From: Gammaproteobacteria bacterium
GTDB taxonomy: Bacteria; Pseudomonadota; Gammaproteobacteria; G965277405
Length of the DNA: 64,000 bases
Direction of reading: 5' to 3'
Assembly: GCA_965277405.1 (NCBI GenBank)
Contig: OZ255726.1
Coordinates: 96,001-160,000 of the forward strand
Part shown: piece by piece, positions 1 to 11,279 of the stretch
How positions within the stretch are numbered: the first letter of the stretch is position 1
Layout: each line of letters starts with the position of its first letter
Notes under the pieces: model-generated
The model's input: the letters and a program-made list of their open reading frames with translations, nothing else
What the model was told of the DNA's origin: nothing
Database searches by the model: none
Made by a program: the position numbers and the translations under genes

Positions 1-1
1 C

Positions 2-1429
2 AATCCCAGATTTTTTATACCCGCCAAATGCCGCATGTGCAGGGTATAAGTGATAGCAATTTGTCCATATCCTGCCGGCCTTAATGGCACGTCCCATTCG
101 ATACGATAGATTTATATCTCTTGTCCAAACGCCTGCACCTAAACCATATATTGTGTCGTTGGCAATCTGAATGACCTCTTCTTCATTCTTGAAGGTAGTT
201 ATCCCAACAACTGGTCCAAAAATCTCTTCTTGAAACACTTTCATGGAATTGTTTCCTTTCAACAAGGTCGGTTGAATGTAAAACCCCTTGTTTAAGTCGT
301 TACTTTGTCGTTGCTTTTCTCCACCTATGAGCACTTCGACCCCTTCTTCTCGTCCTGTTTTAATGTATGCAAGAATTTTTTCGTATTGCTCTAAACTCAC
401 CTGAGCGCCAACTTGAGTATCAGTGTCTAAAGGATTACCTTGCGTAATGCCCTTTGTTCGGGTAACGAGCTTTGCCACGAATTTTTCATATATTGATTCT
501 TGGACTAAAATACGCGAAGGACAGGTGCATACTTCACCTTGGTTTAAAAACGCCAATGCGGCACCTTCTAAACACTTATCGAGGAACTCATCTCCATGTT
601 GAAAAATATCTTCAAAAAAAATGTTTGGAGACTTGCCACCTAATTCAACAGTTGCTGGGATTAAGCTGGCAGCGGCGTTTTGTAATACAATTGCACCAAC
701 AGCACTCGATCCAGTAAACGCAAGTTTGTCAATGCGGTCTGAACTTGACAAAGCCGCACCCGCCTCTTCACCATATCCTTGAACCACATTTAAGACACCT
801 GGCGGCAACAAGTCACCGACGAGTTCCATAAACATGCAAATCGATACCGGTGTTTGTTCTGCTGGCTTAAATACAATACAGTTGCCAGTTGCTAATGCGG
901 GTGGGATTTTCCAAGCAGCCATCAATAACGGAAAATTCCACGGGATGATTTGCCCAACAACGCCTAACGGCTCGTGGAAATGATACGCCACTGTTGTATT
1001 ATCTATCTCACTATGGGTACCTTCTTGAGCGCGAATGCAGCCCGCATAATAACGAAAGTGATCGACTACCAACGGCATGTCCGCAGCCAGAGTCTCCCTG
1101 ACTGGCTTGCCATTATCCCAAGTTTCAGCAACAGCCAACATTTCAAGATTAGCTTCAATGATATCAGCCATTTTCAGCAAGATATTTGACCGCTCGGTGA
1201 CTGAAGTTTTTCCCCAACTATCTGCTGCAGCCTTAGCAGCATCGATAGCTAGATCGATGTCTTCTGCCGTTGAACGCGGAACTTCACAGATAACTTCGCC
1301 GTTTACGGGACTAATATTCTCAAAATATTTACCTTGAACGGGAGCAACCCATTTACCATTGATATAGTTTTGGTATTTTTTTTTGAATGAAACAATAGCT
1401 CCTTCAGAACCTGGTTGTGCGTATATCAT
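2..1429 (-). CDS. NAD-dependent aldehyde dehydrogenase (AldB/ExaC/AcoD type), 3' end runs off the window
   Basis: Manual reverse translation gives [45 protein letters not shown]..., with [16 protein letters not shown] and EEIFGPV motifs. RBS-like GAGGGG upstream. Absent from the ORF track because there is no stop in the window. Confidence 0.9.
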   Translation of the reverse strand, partial: MIYAQPGSEGAIVSFKKKYQNYINGKWVAPVQGKYFENISPVNGEVICEVPRSTAEDIDLAIDAAKAAADSWGKTSVTERSNILLKMADIIEANLEMLAVAETWDNGKPVRETLAADMPLVVDHFRYYAGCIRAQEGTHSEIDNTTVAYHFHEPLGVVGQIIPWNFPLLMAAWKIPPALATGNCIVFKPAEQTPVSICMFMELVGDLLPPGVLNVVQGYGEEAGAALSSSDRIDKLAFTGSSAVGAIVLQNAAASLIPATVELGGKSPNIFFEDIFQHGDEFLDKCLEGAALAFLNQGEVCTCPSRILVQESIYEKFVAKLVTRTKGITQGNPLDTDTQVGAQVSLEQYEKILAYIKTGREEGVEVLIGGEKQRQSNDLNKGFYIQPTLLKGNNSMKVFQEEIFGPVVGITTFKNEEEVIQIANDTIYGLGAGVWTRDINLSYRMGRAIKAGRIWTNCYHLYPAHAAFGGYKKSGI

Positions 1430-1534
1430 CATTTCCCCTCAAATAATTAAACTTGCATATTAGCTTATTGCGCATAACCAGTAAAGAAATATTCCTGAAT
1501 TTGGGTATTGCTGAACTTGCCACACTATTGTTTA

Positions 1535-1563
1535 GGGAAGCTCTGATTAAGTCGCTATGGCAG
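1535..1563 (+). repeat. MITE left-end fragment
   Basis: GGGAAGCTCTGATTAAGTCGCT matches the left TIR of the full copies. Confidence 0.7.
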
Positions 1564-1588
1564 CGGACGGAATGTCCGTTGCCTGATG

Positions 1589-2356
1589 TCAATGATACAG
1601 TATTAGCAGCACCACCCCGAACATAATTCGATACCAGCCAAACGCGGCATACGTAAACGATGCTAAGAAGTGAATAAAAACCTTGATAATAATATATGCC
1701 GTCACAAACGCGACGATAAATCCTGAGAGTAAAGGCAGTAAATCCTCATTAGTAAATTCTTGATAGTGCAAAATAATATCAAAACTGGCGGCGGCAAACA
1801 TAACAGGGAGCGCGAGTAAAAAGGAAAACTCAGCGCTGGCTTTGCGGCTTAAACCAACCAATAACCCGCCTACAATCGTGGCACCTGCTCGGCTTGTACC
1901 TGGAATAAGTGCACATACTTGTGCTAGACCTATTATCAGCGCCTGCGAATACGTCACTGCGTCGATAGTAGTAACAGGGCTTTGTTTATCGGCAATAAAT
2001 CGCTCCACAATCAAGAATATCACACCACCAACAACAAACATTACCGCAACAACAGTCACAGAAAACAATGATTTTATTTGTTGATAAAACAACAAGCCAA
2101 CAATACCAACAGGGATAAATGACAAGGCAATCTTCAGCCATACAGTAAAATACTTAAAGGTAAACCGCTCTTTGTAACTCACCACAACCGCCAAAATTGC
2201 CGCAAACTGAATAATCACCTCGAATGCCGTATTTGTATCAGTTTGCGCCAATCCCAACCAATCGCTAACAACAATAAGATGCCCAGTGGAAGAAATTGGC
2301 AAAAACTCGGTCAAACCTTCAATAAAGCCCAAAATAATGCTTTGATATAAATCCAT
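1589..2356 (-). CDS. uppP: Undecaprenyl-diphosphate phosphatase
   Basis: [26 protein letters not shown] and PGTSRAGAT motifs. The true start is ATG 2356; the ORF-track extension runs into the MITE. Confidence 0.95.
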   Translation of the reverse strand: MDLYQSIILGFIEGLTEFLPISSTGHLIVVSDWLGLAQTDTNTAFEVIIQFAAILAVVVSYKERFTFKYFTVWLKIALSFIPVGIVGLLFYQQIKSLFSVTVVAVMFVVGGVIFLIVERFIADKQSPVTTIDAVTYSQALIIGLAQVCALIPGTSRAGATIVGGLLVGLSRKASAEFSFLLALPVMFAAASFDIILHYQEFTNEDLLPLLSGFIVAFVTAYIIIKVFIHFLASFTYAAFGWYRIMFGVVLLILYH

Positions 2357-2480
2357 TATAGCGAAATCCAACAATTGAAATGTAATCTGGTGTGGCTTAC
2401 TCACAATCAGAAGACAGCAAAAAGTAATACCCTGATGCCTTAATTCGTATTTAAGCAACCTGTGAACACAGCTGCGCTTA

Positions 2481-2770
2481 GGGAAGCTCTGATTAAGCCG
2501 CTGCTGGAGCGAGTTTGCTTGCAATTGCTGATGATTGCAAGGCGCAAACCGCTGGGCGCATGACCTAGCTATACGCCAAGGGATGCAACACAGCAAGCGC
2601 AGCAATTACCATCAAACCCAAAGTATATTCAACACAACGACGGGAAAAAACGCTGAGCTAACGTCGTTGCAGCACTTGATAATACCACCAGTATTATCTG
2701 CGCACTGCGTCTAGTTATCATCAGCGTTTTTTCTCCGTCTCGCCCATCATGGACTTAATCAGAGCTTCCG
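2481..2770 (+). mobile_element. MITE, full copy
   Basis: Ends are GGAAGCTCTGATTAAG and CTTAATCAGAGCTTCC, with TA flanks. The interior is shared with the other copies. Confidence 0.85.
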
Positions 2771-3114
2771 TAGCTAACCCAACGTAGCCGATAATTCATC
2801 TTTTTGCAAAGATGTTCATGAAGATGCTAACAACACAGTCCAGCTGTTACTGTTGCTAATTGCGTGCTCGAAAGCACCGCAGCTTGTGCTGAAGAACAAC
2901 AGGACAGGTGTCAATCTAAATAGCGCTGATGCCCAAACAATTGCAGCGCCAATGCACAGCGTTGGACAACAGCAAGCGCCAGCAAGCGTTGCATATCGGT
3001 AGCAATATGGCGAATTTGCAGATTTAAAAAATCAGTCTCATCACAGCAAACTCTAACCAAGCAAATCTGCATAATTCAACCACAACCATTGCCTTAAATG
3101 GCTATGATGCGCCG

Positions 3115-4680
3115 ATGCATCAATCCATTGTTATCCTCGATTTCGGTTCACAATTCACCCAGCTTATCGCGCGTAGGCTACGAGAGATTGGCGTGCTCAG
3201 TTTGATTCTGCCGTATGACGCCGATTACCAAACCACCATAGCAGCCAATGATGTGATCGCGGTGGTGCTCTCTGGCAGCCCAGAATCGGTCACTGACAAA
3301 CACCCACAATGCCAAACTGCATGGTTGCTTGGTCACTTGCCACTACTTGGTATTTGCTATGGTCAGCAGTTAATCGTCCAACATTTTGCAGGGACGGTTA
3401 TTGCATCGCCGCAAAAAGAATTTGGGATGACCAACTTGACCATCCACGGCAGCGACGCCATCGATCAAGACAACAGCATTTGCTCGATGTTTGCCCAAGG
3501 CGAGTCAACACCAGTGTGGATGAACCACGGCGACAAAGTTACTGAGTTGCCAGCGTGCTTTGCCACTCTTGCCAGCAGCGATAATTCACCGTATGCCATT
3601 ATCCAACACCGCAGCTTACCTATGTATGCGATGCAGCTGCACCCAGAAGTCACCCACACCGCGCGCGGCAGCGAGATGTTGCGCTGGTTTGCCGTCAACG
3701 CTGCTGGGGCGCGTTGCGATTGGCAGCTTGATGATGTGTTGAGCGAGCAAGTCGCAGCAATCAAAACAACCTGCGCCACCTGGCCACACAAACAAGTGAT
3801 TTTGGGGTTATCTGGCGGGGTAGACTCTGCGGTTGCCGCGGCATTACTCCACCGTGCCATTGGTGATCGCCTGACCTGCATTTTTATCGACCACGGCATG
3901 CTGCGCCACAACGAGGCAGCGTTGGTCAAGCAAGTATTTGCAGCGCATTTTGGCATTCGCTTGATTGCTATCGATGCCAGTGAGCAGTTTCTTAGCGCAT
4001 TGGTTGATGTTGCCGACCCAGAACAAAAACGCAAAATCATCGGCAAGGCATTTATTGAGGCGTTTACCGCGGCAAAGCAACACGTTGCCAACGCCCATTG
4101 GCTGGCACAAGGGACGATTTATCCCGATGTGATTGAATCCGCAGTCGCCGGCAGCGCCCATGTGATCAAGTCGCACCATAATGTTGGCGGTTTGCCAGAA
4201 AATTTACAGTTTACCCTGATCGAGCCATTGCGTGATTTATTCAAAGATGAAGTCCGCAAACTCGGAAAATTGCTCGGATTACCAGCTGAGATTATCGGCA
4301 GGCATCCATTCCCAGGCCCAGGACTTGCAGTACGTATTCTTGGTGCAGTCACCCGTAAATTCATTACCATCATCCGTGCCGCGGATGCAATATTTATTGA
4401 AGAGCTACACCTCCATGATCTATATAACGCATCCAGTCAAGCATTTGTGGTGTTCATCCCACAACGCACTGTTGGGATAAAAGGCGACGCGCGCGCCTAT
4501 GAATACGTTGTCGCCCTGCGCGCAGTCACCACCCAAGACTTTATGACCGCAACATGGACCCACCTCCCCCACGAATTTCTTGACCTCACCGCGCGGCGCA
4601 TCATGAACGAAGTCGCTGGCATCACCCGCGTCGTCTATGACATTTCCAGCAAACCCCCAGCAACGATTGAATGGGAATAA
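3115..4680 (+). CDS. guaA: GMP synthase (glutamine-hydrolysing)
   Basis: ILDFGSQFTQLIARR, GICYG, HPEV, LSGGVDS, IKSHHNVGGLP and terminal KPPATIEWE. Confidence 0.98.
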   Translation: MHQSIVILDFGSQFTQLIARRLREIGVLSLILPYDADYQTTIAANDVIAVVLSGSPESVTDKHPQCQTAWLLGHLPLLGICYGQQLIVQHFAGTVIASPQKEFGMTNLTIHGSDAIDQDNSICSMFAQGESTPVWMNHGDKVTELPACFATLASSDNSPYAIIQHRSLPMYAMQLHPEVTHTARGSEMLRWFAVNAAGARCDWQLDDVLSEQVAAIKTTCATWPHKQVILGLSGGVDSAVAAALLHRAIGDRLTCIFIDHGMLRHNEAALVKQVFAAHFGIRLIAIDASEQFLSALVDVADPEQKRKIIGKAFIEAFTAAKQHVANAHWLAQGTIYPDVIESAVAGSAHVIKSHHNVGGLPENLQFTLIEPLRDLFKDEVRKLGKLLGLPAEIIGRHPFPGPGLAVRILGAVTRKFITIIRAADAIFIEELHLHDLYNASSQAFVVFIPQRTVGIKGDARAYEYVVALRAVTTQDFMTATWTHLPHEFLDLTARRIMNEVAGITRVVYDISSKPPATIEWE

Positions 4681-4748
4681 CCGCTGCCAAAAAACCACAA
4701 TACAACCGCTGGCAAGGCAACACCTAATTATGGAACCTCTGATTTGTT

Positions 4749-5687
4749 TCAAAATCTAAGTTGTAAGTTTAGTTTAAAGTAATATTTACCATTACGTTCT
4801 TTGTAAACTGATGCGAAGCGATGCCGTGTAGTTGATGGTGTATCAAATTTAACTTCATTGAATAAGAAATCTTCAAGAACACTGAGCTGTATAATGTGGA
4901 AAGCTACTTGACTACCATCGTTTTTTACTACGATAGTTCCGTTCGCTGAGAACTTACCATCCCATTTTTTTCCAGAAAACAGCCCTAGTAGAACAGCAAC
5001 TAAAAATCTTTTTAGTTTTATTTTATGCCCATCTTCGTCAATCATTCCCCTTATTTTAAAATTTTTTGTATTATGAAGGTGCGTTAAATTTTCCGACAAC
5101 GAATTGTATCGATTTAAATAGAAATTAAGGAGCATTTCGGAGACAAGTTTTGGCAAATTATTATCAAGAACTGTCAAATTGTAATTCATTGTTTCTGCTT
5201 CAATTCGTGAAAATTTAAAGTTACTTCCCCTAGCAGTAATACATGAAATTCTATCTTTTGTTTTTGTGCGCGAGTTAATTTTATTAACTTGTTCTAGTGC
5301 CACATCATCGAAGTCAGTTACCTCGTAGATAAAGTTTGTATTACTTCCAGATGCATTTAATAAGGTGGGTTTTGCACCAAGATAAGATTTAATTCCGAAA
5401 CCTTCCTTATCGTATCTCCTACCTTTGCTAGTTACATCTAATACAATGTCAGCTTTTTGGTTAGATTTACCTCCGTTAACTATCTGTATTCCCATATTCT
5501 CAAAAATTAACTCAATATCATCAATCAAAAATGTGCCATTACCGCCTTGTATTGATTTTTTAAATTTTACTATATCGTTATTTTGAAAAATAGTATTCGC
5601 AGCATAAGTTTTCAAGGACTTGCAATCATTTATCTCAACTCCATCACTCAGCAGATTAACTTCCTGCTTTATATTCAAAGTAGTTAA
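4749..5687 (-). pseudogene. HpaII-family restriction endonuclease, C-terminal part (split by IS1595)
   Basis: KADIVL...GFGIKSYLGAKPTLLNAS...TNFIYEV...KFDTPSTTRH...KLNLQLRF are typical of RE_HpaII. The frame continues across the IS target duplication. Confidence 0.8.
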
Positions 5688-6711
5688 GGCTCTATTTGAA
5701 TAAATTGTTGAAATATGATATGCTACAAGTATCAATCACATCCACAATGCTCTAAATCATGAAGACCTCTGAATTTAATCAGTTAAAACAAGCAGTTAAT
5801 GGGCTTTCTCCAAAGCAAAAGGCTGACTTAGAACAGCATTTAATCAATCCAGAATCGCAACCTCAAGTGCTGAAATTACTTGAACAAGCGGTACATGGAT
5901 GCCCTCATTGTCAACATGACAGTACCTATAAGTGGGGCACGTCAAAAGGACGTCAGCGGTATCGTTGTCGATCATGCTTAAAAACCTATAATGCACTAAC
6001 GGGTTCAGAATTGAATGGTCTGCATAAGCCTGAACTCTGGGAACAATACTGCCAAACGATGGTTGATTCAAAATCGCTGCGCATTGCTGCAAAGGAATGC
6101 GGCATCAACCTCACCACGGCATTCACATGGCGTCATAAATTTCTTAAATTGGCTGATTTACTTATGAGCAAGCAGCTTGAAGGCATTGTCGAAATAGATG
6201 AAACTTGGTTTAAATATTCTGAAAAAGGCAGTCGCTATTTAACCACTGGCAAGCCGCGAAAACGCGGTAATAGCAAAGCATCTACAGTGAAAGCTGTTAT
6301 TGGCATCGATCGAAGTGGCAACATTGTCGATCAGGTTGTAGAGCACTTTACGCTGGATCAATTACAGGCAACCTTTGTACCTAAACTCGCCGACGATCTG
6401 GTTCTCTGTACCGACGGTCATATCAATTATGAGCATCTAGCCAAGCAGAAAAATATCAATCATGTCGTGTTAAATCAAAGCCTTGGTGAGCGGGTCAAAG
6501 ACAAAGTTTTTCATATTCAAACGGTGAACGCTTACCACATGAGGCTCAAGCAATGGCTAGCCCCTTTTCATGGTGTTGCAACTAAAAATCTTCATAAATA
6601 TTGTGGATGGTTTCGTTGGTTTGAGCTTAAAAAACGGGGAAATATATCCCCTGCCAGCTTCATGAGGGATATGCTGTATACAGCATTTCAACAAACTATC
6701 AGAACATAGCC
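5688..6711 (+). mobile_element. IS1595-family insertion sequence, 1024 bp
   Basis: Imperfect 27-bp TIRs (GGCTCTATTTGAATAAATTGTTGAAAT vs GGCTATGTTCTGATAGTTTGTTGAAAT) and an 8-bp direct target duplication GTAGTTAA at 5680-5687 and 6712-6719. Confidence 0.92.
5759..6709 (+). CDS. IS1595-family transposase
   Basis: Zn ribbon CPHC...RYRCRSC, HTH, and catalytic motifs VEIDETW, LCTDG and HIQTVNAYH. Confidence 0.93.
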   Translation: MKTSEFNQLKQAVNGLSPKQKADLEQHLINPESQPQVLKLLEQAVHGCPHCQHDSTYKWGTSKGRQRYRCRSCLKTYNALTGSELNGLHKPELWEQYCQTMVDSKSLRIAAKECGINLTTAFTWRHKFLKLADLLMSKQLEGIVEIDETWFKYSEKGSRYLTTGKPRKRGNSKASTVKAVIGIDRSGNIVDQVVEHFTLDQLQATFVPKLADDLVLCTDGHINYEHLAKQKNINHVVLNQSLGERVKDKVFHIQTVNAYHMRLKQWLAPFHGVATKNLHKYCGWFRWFELKKRGNISPASFMRDMLYTAFQQTIRT

Positions 6712-7007
6712 GTAGTTAATCTATTAACTTCAAAACATTCTTCAGTAGGATTAAGTTTCGCATCGCTAAAAATAATTTTTTTATCTAAGATTAGTTTAAG
6801 AAAGGAGTATAGCTCAGTCCATTCACGTTTATTTCTACTTTTAGACATATTATTTCCATTTATATTTCTATTATCTATTATGCACATGTAGTTAATAATA
6901 GCTGCTGCACATTCTTTTACGGCGTCAATTGCAACGCTATTTCCTAATTGTTTCATAGCCACTCGCCGTGAGTTAGGAAGAAGAAAGTTTGCAGGAAAAC
7001 CTTGCAT
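6712..7007 (-). pseudogene. C5-methyltransferase C-terminus (motifs IX-X) in frame with the HpaII-type endonuclease N-terminus
   Basis: MQGFP...MKQLGNSVAIDAV reads without a stop into MSKSRNKREWTELYSFLKL (NKxEWxE is the HpaII-type N-terminus). Confidence 0.75.
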
Positions 7008-7759
7008 TTTAACGCATGTACAGGCTGGATTCTGACTACTTCATTATTGACAAGATAAGAGTCCCAGTTACGCCTATCATCAATGTTTGAACCCGCACCG
7101 CCAACACGCAGAGTAAAGCCGATTTCTCTTGAGCATTCACCCTTAAAAACGTCTGACATATTAAATTTTAGTTGCGTATTTGGTGGAAATGAAAAACCTT
7201 TTAATAAGCCTTCATCTCTAAAACCAATCATAAATGCACGAGGGCGGTGCTGAGGTAGCCCATAATCAGTTGCTTTAACAACTTTAAAGTAAAAACTATA
7301 TCCAAGTTCATCTTCTAAAATTTCTCTAATTATTTTGAATGTTCTACTATTATCGTGATTAATAATTCCTCTAACATTTTCTAAAAAAAATGCTTTAGGC
7401 TTTTTTTCTTCAAGAATGTCGACTATATTAAAGAAGAGATTCCCACGTTCTGAATTCTTCCCATCGGCGAACCCTTCTTTGTAACCTGCCTGACTAAATG
7501 GTTGGCAGGGAAAACCAGCACATAATATATCAAAATCAGGAATTTCTGAGGGAGATATTTTTCTTATATCGTCGTTAAACATTCCATTTTCGAATAACTC
7601 TGGCGAAATTGAACTGTAATTTCTCTCATATGTAATTCGAGCCGACTCGTCGACTTCAGAAGAAAAAACGCATTCGCATCCTAATTGATGAAGTGCATAA
7701 TGAAATCCCCCAATTCCAGCAAATAAATCAATAAACTTTATCTGTTTTTGGGAATTCAT
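6953..7759 (-). pseudogene. DNA (cytosine-5)-methyltransferase, frameshifted near 7007-7010
   Basis: FIDLFAGIGG, GFPCQPFS, ENV and QHRPR motifs. Motifs IX/X lie in another frame after TTA AAA TGC; one more A restores TTA AAA ATG CAA GGT TTT CCT. Confidence 0.85.
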
Positions 7760-7906
7760 ATTTTATATTTTTCAAAGTCTTTAAGGAGTAAATACTGTTA
7801 ATACCGTTTAATTATACTTTAACAGTAGCCAAGCTACATGCTGAACCCGTAGCAGTTCAACGCTAATCTATTTACCAAGCAACACCATATTGGCAACATC
7901 GTCGCA

Positions 7907-9157
7907 TCAGTCAATGACTACTTTGAGCGCAACTCGCCAAATAATTATCGCGCAGATCATTGCCGCCAGCAGCAAGGCTGCCGCAAAACCAACCACAGCG
8001 TTCCAGCCACCATGTGTCCAGAACCAACCCCCTATTGACCCCATCACGCTTGACCCCAGATAATATGACAGCAAATACAACGCCGCTGCATGACCTTTGG
8101 CTTGTAATGCCATGCCGCCGACTAAGCTACTGGCAATAGCATGGGCGACAAAAAACCCAGTGGTCAATACAGCCACCCCGCCAATCACCACATACAGGTG
8201 ATCCAGCAAGGTCAGCAGCAACCCTGCCATGGCAATCACAACACCCGTGATCAACACTGGGCCCCGCCCCAATTTATCGGATAGGGCGCCGGCGATTGAA
8301 GAGGCAAACACCCCAAACATATACACCATGAAAATTAGGGAAACCTGCCATTGACTAAGGTTATACGGAGGCTCGACCAGCCTAAAAGTTGCATAATTAT
8401 ACACAGTAACAAAACTGCCCATCGTCAACGCGCCGATCAAAAAAACCAATGGCAAGGTGCTATGGCATACATGGTCGTGAAAAGCGCAACAATGATATTG
8501 CAACTGCAGTCCACGCCGGCGGGTGAAATTGCGCGATGCGGGCAATAGCAGGTAAAATCCGCTGCCGCAGATAAGCCCAATAACCCCAAGAGCGCCCATC
8601 GCCAACCGCCATGAAGCAAAATCGGTCAACAGACCAACACCCACGCGCCCTGCCATGCCTCCAAAAGCCGACCCGCTGATATACAGCCCCATCGCTAGGC
8701 CTAATCCGCGCGGATGAATTTCTTCAGCCAAATATGCCATTGCCACGGACGGAACACCACCCAAAACAAAACCTTCCAAAGCACGAATTAGCAAAAAAGC
8801 ATGCCAATCGGGGACCATGGCTGCGATAAAATTAAGAACCGCCGCACTGCAAATCGACACAAACATCAACTGCCGCCGACCAAATGCTGCGGATACGCCG
8901 CCTGCCAGTAGAATAGAAAATGCCAGAAACCCAGTGGTCAGCGATAACGACAACGAGCTTGCAGTCGGGCTGACGGCGAAGTCCTCAACCAACAACGGCA
9001 ACAGGGGTTGAACACAATAAATCAGCGAAAATGTCGCAAACCCAGCAAGAAACAGCGCGACACTGATGCGGCGATACGCCGCCGTTCCTGCTGCGGTCCA
9101 GCGCAGCACTGGTTGTGCAGACTGAGACTTGCCCGATGGTGGCGTCATTGCTTTCAA
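7907..9157 (-). CDS. MFS transporter (YnfM-like)
   Basis: GFATFSLIYCVQPLLP, MAYLAEE, GLYISG and LYLLSYYLGSS; about 12 hydrophobic segments. Confidence 0.88.
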   Translation of the reverse strand: MKAMTPPSGKSQSAQPVLRWTAAGTAAYRRISVALFLAGFATFSLIYCVQPLLPLLVEDFAVSPTASSLSLSLTTGFLAFSILLAGGVSAAFGRRQLMFVSICSAAVLNFIAAMVPDWHAFLLIRALEGFVLGGVPSVAMAYLAEEIHPRGLGLAMGLYISGSAFGGMAGRVGVGLLTDFASWRLAMGALGVIGLICGSGFYLLLPASRNFTRRRGLQLQYHCCAFHDHVCHSTLPLVFLIGALTMGSFVTVYNYATFRLVEPPYNLSQWQVSLIFMVYMFGVFASSIAGALSDKLGRGPVLITGVVIAMAGLLLTLLDHLYVVIGGVAVLTTGFFVAHAIASSLVGGMALQAKGHAAALYLLSYYLGSSVMGSIGGWFWTHGGWNAVVGFAAALLLAAMICAIIIWRVALKVVID

Positions 9158-9190
9158 GGCTGGTCTTTCAAGGCTGGTCTTTCAAGGCTG
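9151..9190. repeat. 14-bp tandem repeat CTTTCAAGGCTGGT x ~2.9
   Basis: Read directly. Confidence 0.9.
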
Positions 9191-9199
9191 TTAGTGATG

Positions 9200-10594
9200 C
9201 TATTTAGTGATGACTTCTGTCCCCATCATCGCGTTCGGCAGCAACGTTGAAATAGCAGGGATATAGGTCACAATAATCAGGAACACGAACAGCACCGCCA
9301 GAAATGGCAGAGACGCGCGCACCACGCTCAGCATCGGCATCCCTGCAACCCCAGATGTAACAAACAAGTTGAGACCTACTGGCGGGGTAATCATCCCGAT
9401 CTCCATGTTGACCACCATGATGATGCCCAGGTGGATTGGGTCGATCCCAAGTTCGATGGCAATCGGGAACACCAGCGGCGCGACAATTACCAGCAGCCCC
9501 GAAGGTTCCATAAACTGCCCGCCAATCAACAAAATAACGTTGACAGCGATCAGAAACATCACTGGACCAAAGCCTGCAGACAGCATCACAGTTGCAACGT
9601 CTTGTGGAATTTGCTCTGCGGTCAGCACGTGTTTCAGAATCAAGGCGTTGGCAATCACGAACATCAGCGTGATAGTCAGTTTGCCTGCCTGAAAAAGGGT
9701 GCGCCGGGTATCTTCATGAACCCAAGCGGTTATAAGTGCTTGAGGGCGTTGCCACAAGGTCGCACGATTTTTGCCGTTTTTCGCAGCCAGCGGACCCATA
9801 TCGCGGTAGACAAAAGTTGCAACAATAAACGCGTAGACGCAGGCAACCGCGGCGGCTTCAGTGGGGGTAAAGAACGCGCCAGTCAACCCTGGTATGCCGT
9901 AGATCCCCACCATGATAATTACAATCAGCAACAGACCCCATGAAGCATCGACAAAACTCTCCCATATCTCGCGCCATCCCTGCCATTCGCCTTTGGGAAT
10001 ATTCTTGACACGAGCCATTACATAGATTGTGATCATCAGCATCACCCCGGCCATGATCCCGGGGATGACCCCCGCCAGAAACATGCGCCCCACTGACACT
10101 TCGACTGCGGATGCATACACAACCATCACAATCGAAGGCGGAATAAGGATGCCCAAAGTCCCCGCATTACAGATCACCCCCGCGGCAAATTCCTTGGAAT
10201 ACCCAGCTTGTCTCATCGCCACAATGACAATCGAACCGATGGCAACAACAGTCGCAGGTGAGGACCCAGACAAAGCAGCAAATATCATACAGGAGACCAC
10301 ACCAGCAATCGCCAAGCCGCCGCGCATGTGACCTACGCAGGCAATGGAAAAGCGGATTATGCGTTGTGCCACCCCACCGGTTGACATGAAAGATGATGCT
10401 AGAATGAAGAACGGGATTGCCAGCAGGGTATAGTGACCTTCAAATGCGCTGAATAGGGTCTGGGCAACGGATACCAGCGACGTATCTGAAAACCAGAGCA
10501 TAAACAAGGTCGAAGACATCCCCAAGGCAACCGCAATCGGCACGCCGATTAGCATGAAACCAATGATCATTACAAATAGGAAGACGATAGTCAT
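9200..10594 (-). CDS. dctM: TRAP transporter large permease
   Basis: LLAIPFFIL, ALSGSSPAT, GTLGILIPPSI, FTPTEAAA and ITPPVGLNLFV. Confidence 0.95.
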   Translation of the reverse strand: MTIVFLFVMIIGFMLIGVPIAVALGMSSTLFMLWFSDTSLVSVAQTLFSAFEGHYTLLAIPFFILASSFMSTGGVAQRIIRFSIACVGHMRGGLAIAGVVSCMIFAALSGSSPATVVAIGSIVIVAMRQAGYSKEFAAGVICNAGTLGILIPPSIVMVVYASAVEVSVGRMFLAGVIPGIMAGVMLMITIYVMARVKNIPKGEWQGWREIWESFVDASWGLLLIVIIMVGIYGIPGLTGAFFTPTEAAAVACVYAFIVATFVYRDMGPLAAKNGKNRATLWQRPQALITAWVHEDTRRTLFQAGKLTITLMFVIANALILKHVLTAEQIPQDVATVMLSAGFGPVMFLIAVNVILLIGGQFMEPSGLLVIVAPLVFPIAIELGIDPIHLGIIMVVNMEIGMITPPVGLNLFVTSGVAGMPMLSVVRASLPFLAVLFVFLIIVTYIPAISTLLPNAMMGTEVITK

Positions 10595-11265
10595 TGTTTT
10601 TTGTTGCTGTGCAGCTGACGTATATGCTGAATTTCGTCTGCAACTTCGTGGCTAACGATTGCCCGATCTTTGTTGCCGCGCCAAACATCAACCATTAATT
10701 GGATGAACCGCAACAGTAGCAAAGCCATCGAAAGGGGCAAAACCGCATACGGTATCAGGCGAGGCAGTTTTTCGTAAGGCTCACCTTCGTTGAAAACACT
10801 AGCCAGCCAGTTTAAAAAGAATGGATTGGGTATGTCGGTCACTTCATACCAACCTTTGCTCAGATATTTATTCAGGAAACCAACAGGAAACCACCGCCCC
10901 TCAGTCGCTGGCAAATTGGCAAAGTTCGCCCAATAATCATACGAGCCTTTCAGTAACAAACAAGCAAAGGCGATACATACCCCAACCGCCACCAGAGCCA
11001 GCCAGCGCCGCATAGGGGGAGAAACGCTGTTGATTACGACATCTACACCCAGATGCGCTCCCTTCTTAACCGCATAGGAGGCGCCGAGCAAGACCAACCA
11101 CCCAAACAGAAAGACGGTGAGCTCCAACCCCCAAAGTATGTTGTAATTAAAGGCTTTACGCGCAATAACGTTGGCAAAAGTTACGAGGGTCATCAGCCCC
11201 AGCAACAAGGCAATCAAATTCTCTTCCAACCTGTCAACAAACGACTCTCTTAGTTTGTTATTCAT
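10591..11265 (-). CDS. dctQ: TRAP transporter small permease
   Basis: Four TM segments, WGLEL...LGASYAVKKGAHLGVD; lies between dctP and dctM. Confidence 0.92.
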   Translation of the reverse strand: MNNKLRESFVDRLEENLIALLLGLMTLVTFANVIARKAFNYNILWGLELTVFLFGWLVLLGASYAVKKGAHLGVDVVINSVSPPMRRWLALVAVGVCIAFACLLLKGSYDYWANFANLPATEGRWFPVGFLNKYLSKGWYEVTDIPNPFFLNWLASVFNEGEPYEKLPRLIPYAVLPLSMALLLLRFIQLMVDVWRGNKDRAIVSHEVADEIQHIRQLHSNKKQ

Positions 11266-11279
11266 AGACCCGCACGTTG

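Noticed and set aside
2357-2605. N-terminal extensions in the ORF track for uppP, potA (15295), serA (25396), mnmC (55114), yciI (55409) and ybaB (57814)
   Set aside because: The extensions run into MITEs or upstream genes; family-typical starts lie downstream.
5688-6711. IS1595 as the mobiliser of the MITE family
   Set aside because: Its TIRs (GGCT...) and 8-bp target duplication do not match the MITE ends (GGAAG..., TA/YTAR flanks).
7001-7015. Programmed -1 frameshift at G TTA AAA in the methyltransferase
   Set aside because: The unshifted product would lack motif X and be inactive, and I see no clear stimulatory structure; a homopolymer deletion or sequencing error is simpler.
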